Part shown: positions 18,380-21,703 of the stretch, in pieces
Position numbering within the stretch: the stretch's first letter is position 1
Layout of the letters: each line of letters opens with the position of its first letter
NCBI GenBank assembly: GCA_001724265.1
Contig: MEDY01000090.1
Span: 62,001 to 83,703, forward strand
DNA length: 21,703 bases
Reading direction: 5' to 3'
DNA from: Rhizaria sp. SCN 62-66
Taxonomy: Eukaryota
Notes under the pieces: generated by a model
Database searches by the model: none
Seen by the model: only the letters and a program-made list of their open reading frames with translations
Told to the model about the DNA's origin: nothing
Translations under genes and position numbers: made by a program

Positions 18380-21291
18380 CTAAGGTGGAAATAAGAGAAG
18401 AACAAAATGAAGTGAAGACGAGAACATGTTTCGATGAAAATTAATAGATTTAGTAAATTCGCGATATAGAGGCGATTTCTTAGTTCCGCTTGGAGATAGG
18501 CAAATATAAATCTTGAATATGCGCTTTCGTAGTTATCGCTTGCGACTGAAATGTACCTGGTGGCGGTCGAGAGCGTAGTAAAACTCGTCCCTGCGTGCGA
18601 ATGCGGGCAGATGCAGCGGTCGTTTCGGAGCGTGTTGCGACACAGAAACCGAGGGAAAACCACCGGGAGGCCTGGTGACGGTCACACGTGACGACATCTC
18701 GGGTTTGACGGCGAGGGAAGAGCTGGGAACATCTTCTAAGTCAAAGTCATCTTCATCAGCGTCAGCGTTGGCAGCGTCAGGCGTGTTAGGAGAGTTGTGA
18801 TCGAAGACATTGGACTTGTCAACGGTCGTGCCAGTGGCTGCGGCAATTGCAGCTTCTGCTGCCGCTGCCATTGCGGCAGCACGATACGCCTAAAGACACA
18901 GAGATAACAGAAACGAGTATAATGTGATAAAAAGATGTCAAGCGAAGGTGAAATTACCCAGTTCTCACAAGTAACAAAGAAACTGCGATTTCGGGTAGTA
19001 TTGAAGATGAACATCGTTTCATTATCAAGCGTTCAGTACCTGTGCGAGGTCGCGCGCAGCTTGTGCCATCTGCGCCGACGCCTGTTTGACACTGAGCGAG
19101 CCATCTCCAGCCGCAGCGACCATCTCGGGCGTTGCGGGGACAACAGCGACCGAGCCGTCAGTGTTCACCAGCATCACCGTGCCGCCAAAGCTCTCATTCT
19201 CCTCCTCCTCATCGTGGTGATCGGGCGCGGTGGCGATGATATCGAGCGCGGACATCGTCTGCACAGCTTGCGGAAAGGCCTCGATGACACGTGCTAGCTC
19301 CGTAAGTGCATCGCCATCGTAGTCAAACTTGACGACTTTTCGTGCTAGGTCAGAGGTCGGCGCGGCCGCAGCGTCCGACTCGCGAATCCCGGCAGCAGCC
19401 GCGACGGAGATCTTAGCTCGCTGGGCGTCGCGGCGGGCGTTGCAACGGGCTTCGGTGTAGATGATGTTCCAACGCGCAATCGTGAGGCTGGGCTCGGACC
19501 CTTTGAGCTTCTTTGCTGTCGCCGGGAAAAGCCCCTATAATGTTATGATGAACAACACAGAGAAACGATATGTGACACATTAGAGTTGATAATTTGTGAG
19601 ATTCTAGCTCGATCAGAAAGCATGCTATAGTTCGTGGTGGTATATATCAATTCATTTGACGTTATTAAAGCGCGTACCTGTGTCCTTGCAAGCTCATAGA
19701 GACAGGTGCGATGCTCCTTCGTAAGTGTGGGAGGAAACGTGATATGCGTCACGTCGTCGCGACCCTTAAACCGTTGGAATGCCTGAAGCACCGCAGGAGG
19801 TAGCACCGCATTAGCTTTTTCAACCGCTGCACGAGCAGCGGCCTTTCGCTCCTCTTTAGTGCTTTTGGTGCCATTGACGGGCTGAGCAGGTTTAGACTCA
19901 GCCTGCTGCGGCTGCTGCTGCTGCTCTTGTTGTTCTTCCCACTCGTGGAATAGCCGCTCTTGCTCCATCTGCTGCTGCAGTTGATAAAGTTGCAGTTGCT
20001 GGAGCTCAAGCTCAAGCTGGATATCGTGAAGCTGCTTTTCCTCCTCCTGTTGCACTGGCTGCGGTCGCTGCTGCTGCTGTTGTTGCTGTTGTCCCTTTTC
20101 ATCATCTTCCTCTTCCTGCTGCTGCTGTTGAGGCTGCCGTTGCTGCTGTAGTTGCGGTTGAGACTGCTGTTGGGTTGCAGAGAGAAACACAGGCACAGGC
20201 TGGCTTTTGCCACTTATGCTGCCCTTAACCGCCTTCACTGGCTGCTGAGTGGGGGGACTGGGCTGACTGGGCTGAGCGGCCGCCGTGGAGAAAACGGGCT
20301 GAGCAGCTACAAGTGCAGGCTGGGGCGGTGCAGCAGCTTTAACTGCTTTCGCGGCCTGAGCTGGCTGAGCCAGCTGAACAGGCTGAGCTGTTTTAGCAGC
20401 GGCTTGGGCGGGCTTGGTCGGCTAAGAAGACTGGACAGGCTGGATGGATGCAGCCAACTGAGATACTTTGGTCGCTGATTGGATAAATAGCGGGCTAAGA
20501 GAGGATGACTCAGACTGAAGATGCTGCGGGGGCTGATGCTGCTGCTGCTGCTGATGCTGCTGCTGCTGCTGCTGCTGCTGTTGCGTCAACAGCTTTGCAC
20601 CCTTCTTGGTAGCCCCAAAGTATTGCGCAGTCCTATGCGCCTTCTCTCGGATCTTCGCGAGCTCTACAAGCGAGAGCTGGACGTCAGCGGCCGATGCGGG
20701 CATGCCAGCACCGTTGTTAATGCCAGCAGGGACAACACCGCCGTTGTCAGCGACGAGGCGCGTCATTTGCGTGAACTTGGCGTCACACGCGTCTCGCAGT
20801 CTCGTCGCAGCTTCCAAAATACTGAGCTGCTCGATACGGGCGTCGACCTGCTCTGAGATCGGCGCTGTCGCCAGAGAGCTAGACGCAGGCGCCTGCGCAG
20901 ATGGCGCTGCAGTCGCAGAAGCGGCCACAGCGGCAGCAGCAGCAGCAGCAGCGGGCGCGGGCACAGGAGCTTTGCCCTTGGCCTTGGGTGCGGGCGTAGA
21001 CGCGGGCGCGGAAGCATGCGCCGGTGCAGACTTCGGTGTTTGTGCGGGCTTGGGTGTGGGCGCTGCTTTGTCGCCCCCTTTACTACCAGTGACATCGTTG
21101 GCAGCAGCGGTGGCAACCTTGACAGCAGCCTTAGCAGCCTTCAGAACAGCCCTGGCGGCCTTAGCTTCAGCTTGGGCTGCCTTAAGAGCAGCTTTAGTAG
21201 CAGCCTTGGCAGCAGCTTTGGCAATTGCTTTGGCGGCTTTGTCAGCTTGGTCGGCAAGTTTGCCGTCGTCGTTGCCTTTTTTGGGAGGCAT
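14162..21291 (-). CDS. R3H-domain DEAH/RHA RNA helicase (YTHDC2/DExH6/DHX36-like). join(21291..19678, 19534..19040, 18889..18557, 18379..14162); about 2219 aa if the TAG at 20424-20422 is decoded
   Basis: The spliced frame is continuous across three GT-AG introns. Splicing rebuilds the R3H-like domain and the sequence LPAFARRDEFYYALDRHQ|VVIVAGATGSGKSTQ. The N-terminus is MPPKK and the stop is TGA. Confidence 0.85.
16673..16753 (-). repeat. Two 27-bp direct repeats (54-nt period) encoding EEESEDGCV twice, inside the helicase insert
   Basis: Copies at 16673-16699 and 16727-16753 differ at a few synonymous positions. Confidence 0.85.
18380..18556 (-). other. Spliceosomal intron 3 (177 nt, phase 0)
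   Basis: CAG|GTACAT...long pyrimidine tract...CTTAG|G; removing it gives the canonical HQVVIVAGATGSGKST. Confidence 0.92.
18557..18889 (-). CDS. Helicase exon 3
   Basis: TTTAG|GCG TAT CGT ... CAC CAG|GTACAT; 333 nt, ending in the conserved pre-motif-I helix LPAFARRDEF. Confidence 0.88.
18890..19039 (-). other. Spliceosomal intron 2 (150 nt, phase 0)
   Basis: CAG|GTACTG...CTTGAC...pyrimidine tract...TTTAG|G; contains in-frame stops. Confidence 0.88.
19040..19534 (-). CDS. Helicase exon 2
   Basis: TTATAG|GGG CTT TTC ... GCA CAG|GTACTG; 495 nt open. It supplies the second half of the R3H domain (GLFPATAKKLKGSEPSLTIAR). Confidence 0.85.
19535..19677 (-). other. Spliceosomal intron 1 (143 nt, phase 0)
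   Basis: CAG|GTACGC...TTATAG|G; AT-rich; removing it restores R3H. Confidence 0.88.
19678..21291 (-). CDS. Helicase exon 1: A/K/P/Q-rich N-terminus plus first half of R3H, containing one in-frame TAG
   Basis: ATG at 21291 (MPPKKGND). The frame continues unchanged after the TAG at 20424-20422 into ...FPPTLTKEHRTCLYELARTQ|GTACGC. An alternative in-frame ATG lies at 19968. Confidence 0.65.
20527..20583 (-). repeat. (CAG)n-rich poly-Gln tract in helicase exon 1
   Basis: QQQQQQQQQHQQQQQHQPPQ read from the frame. Confidence 0.85.
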
Positions 21292-21307
21292 CGAGTGCGC
21301 GGCAACA

Positions 21308-21372
21308 CTACGTTGGTGGTGTGACAAAGCAAAGCAATAGGAAGCAAAAGACCGCAAAAAAATAGGATCAAT
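21308..21372 (-). promoter_or_regulatory. Candidate 3' splice acceptor upstream of the helicase ATG
   Basis: TTGATC, a T-rich tract, then CGTAG (AG at 21309-21308), 16 nt before the ATG. Confidence 0.45.
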
Positions 21373-21703
21373 GGGCACGTATGTGAAAATTAAATGACAT
21401 TATAGACGTTGACGAAGCTGATCACGAGCTGCCGATACCGTTGCAGAACGGCTCTGATCGTGATCGCGGTGCGAGAAGAACGAGCGTGATTTAACAATAA
21501 AACAACGTGGTTATGTTACGCACGAAATTTTACATAAAGGGACTCTCTCACAGGAAATCCACAGAGAAACGGCACCCAACGACCTACTAAGCCCCGGATA
21601 CAAGGGTGGTGTTTTCTGTGAACACACACGGAAGGATTCTGTCTTTAAAGTGTGTGTTTTCTGTGTTTAAAGTATATGTTATCAGCATATAATTCGAATT
21701 ATA

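Noticed and set aside
18533..20238. ORFs 18533..18871, 19025..19264 and 19543..20238 as separate genes
   Set aside because: They are exons of the helicase, joined in frame by GT-AG introns.
2..21291. Genome-wide ciliate-type UAR=Gln code
   Set aside because: POMP ends in TAA, and thousands of Gln-rich codons contain no TAA and only one TAG.
2..21291. SUMO protease, POMP and helicase as a functional gene cluster
   Set aside because: Adjacency in a compact eukaryotic genome is not evidence of a shared pathway without conserved synteny or co-expression.
21482..21489. GAGCGTGA resembling U3 snoRNA box B
   Set aside because: No accompanying U3 boxes or structure were recognisable; an 8-mer match is expected by chance.

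Overview
Eukaryotic (probably protist) genomic DNA with GC-rich, low-complexity coding sequence and AT-rich introns and spacers. It holds three genes. (1) A 5'-truncated + strand ORF with no stops (<2..12586, at least 4194 aa). It encodes a giant Ulp2/SENP6-7-like SUMO protease (peptidase C48) whose His, Asn (in place of Asp) and Cys sites are spread over about 925 aa by low-complexity insertions. It also has SIM-like motifs and a Q/N/Y/RG-rich tail. (2) A proteasome maturation factor, POMP/Ump1 (13163..13630, +). (3) A convergent four-exon R3H + DEAH-box RNA helicase (21291..14162, -) resembling the YTHDC2/plant DExH6 type. Its first exon is interrupted by one in-frame TAG at a position where Gln would fit. 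Other observations: all three introns are phase-0 CAG|GTAC...TAG|G; splice-acceptor-like sites lie just before both visible ATGs (5'UTR intron or trans-splicing); and a CTAAAACA motif lies 82-112 nt after all three stop codons. I saw no RNA genes, mobile elements or CRISPR arrays. Family assignments rest on remembered motifs, not database searches.
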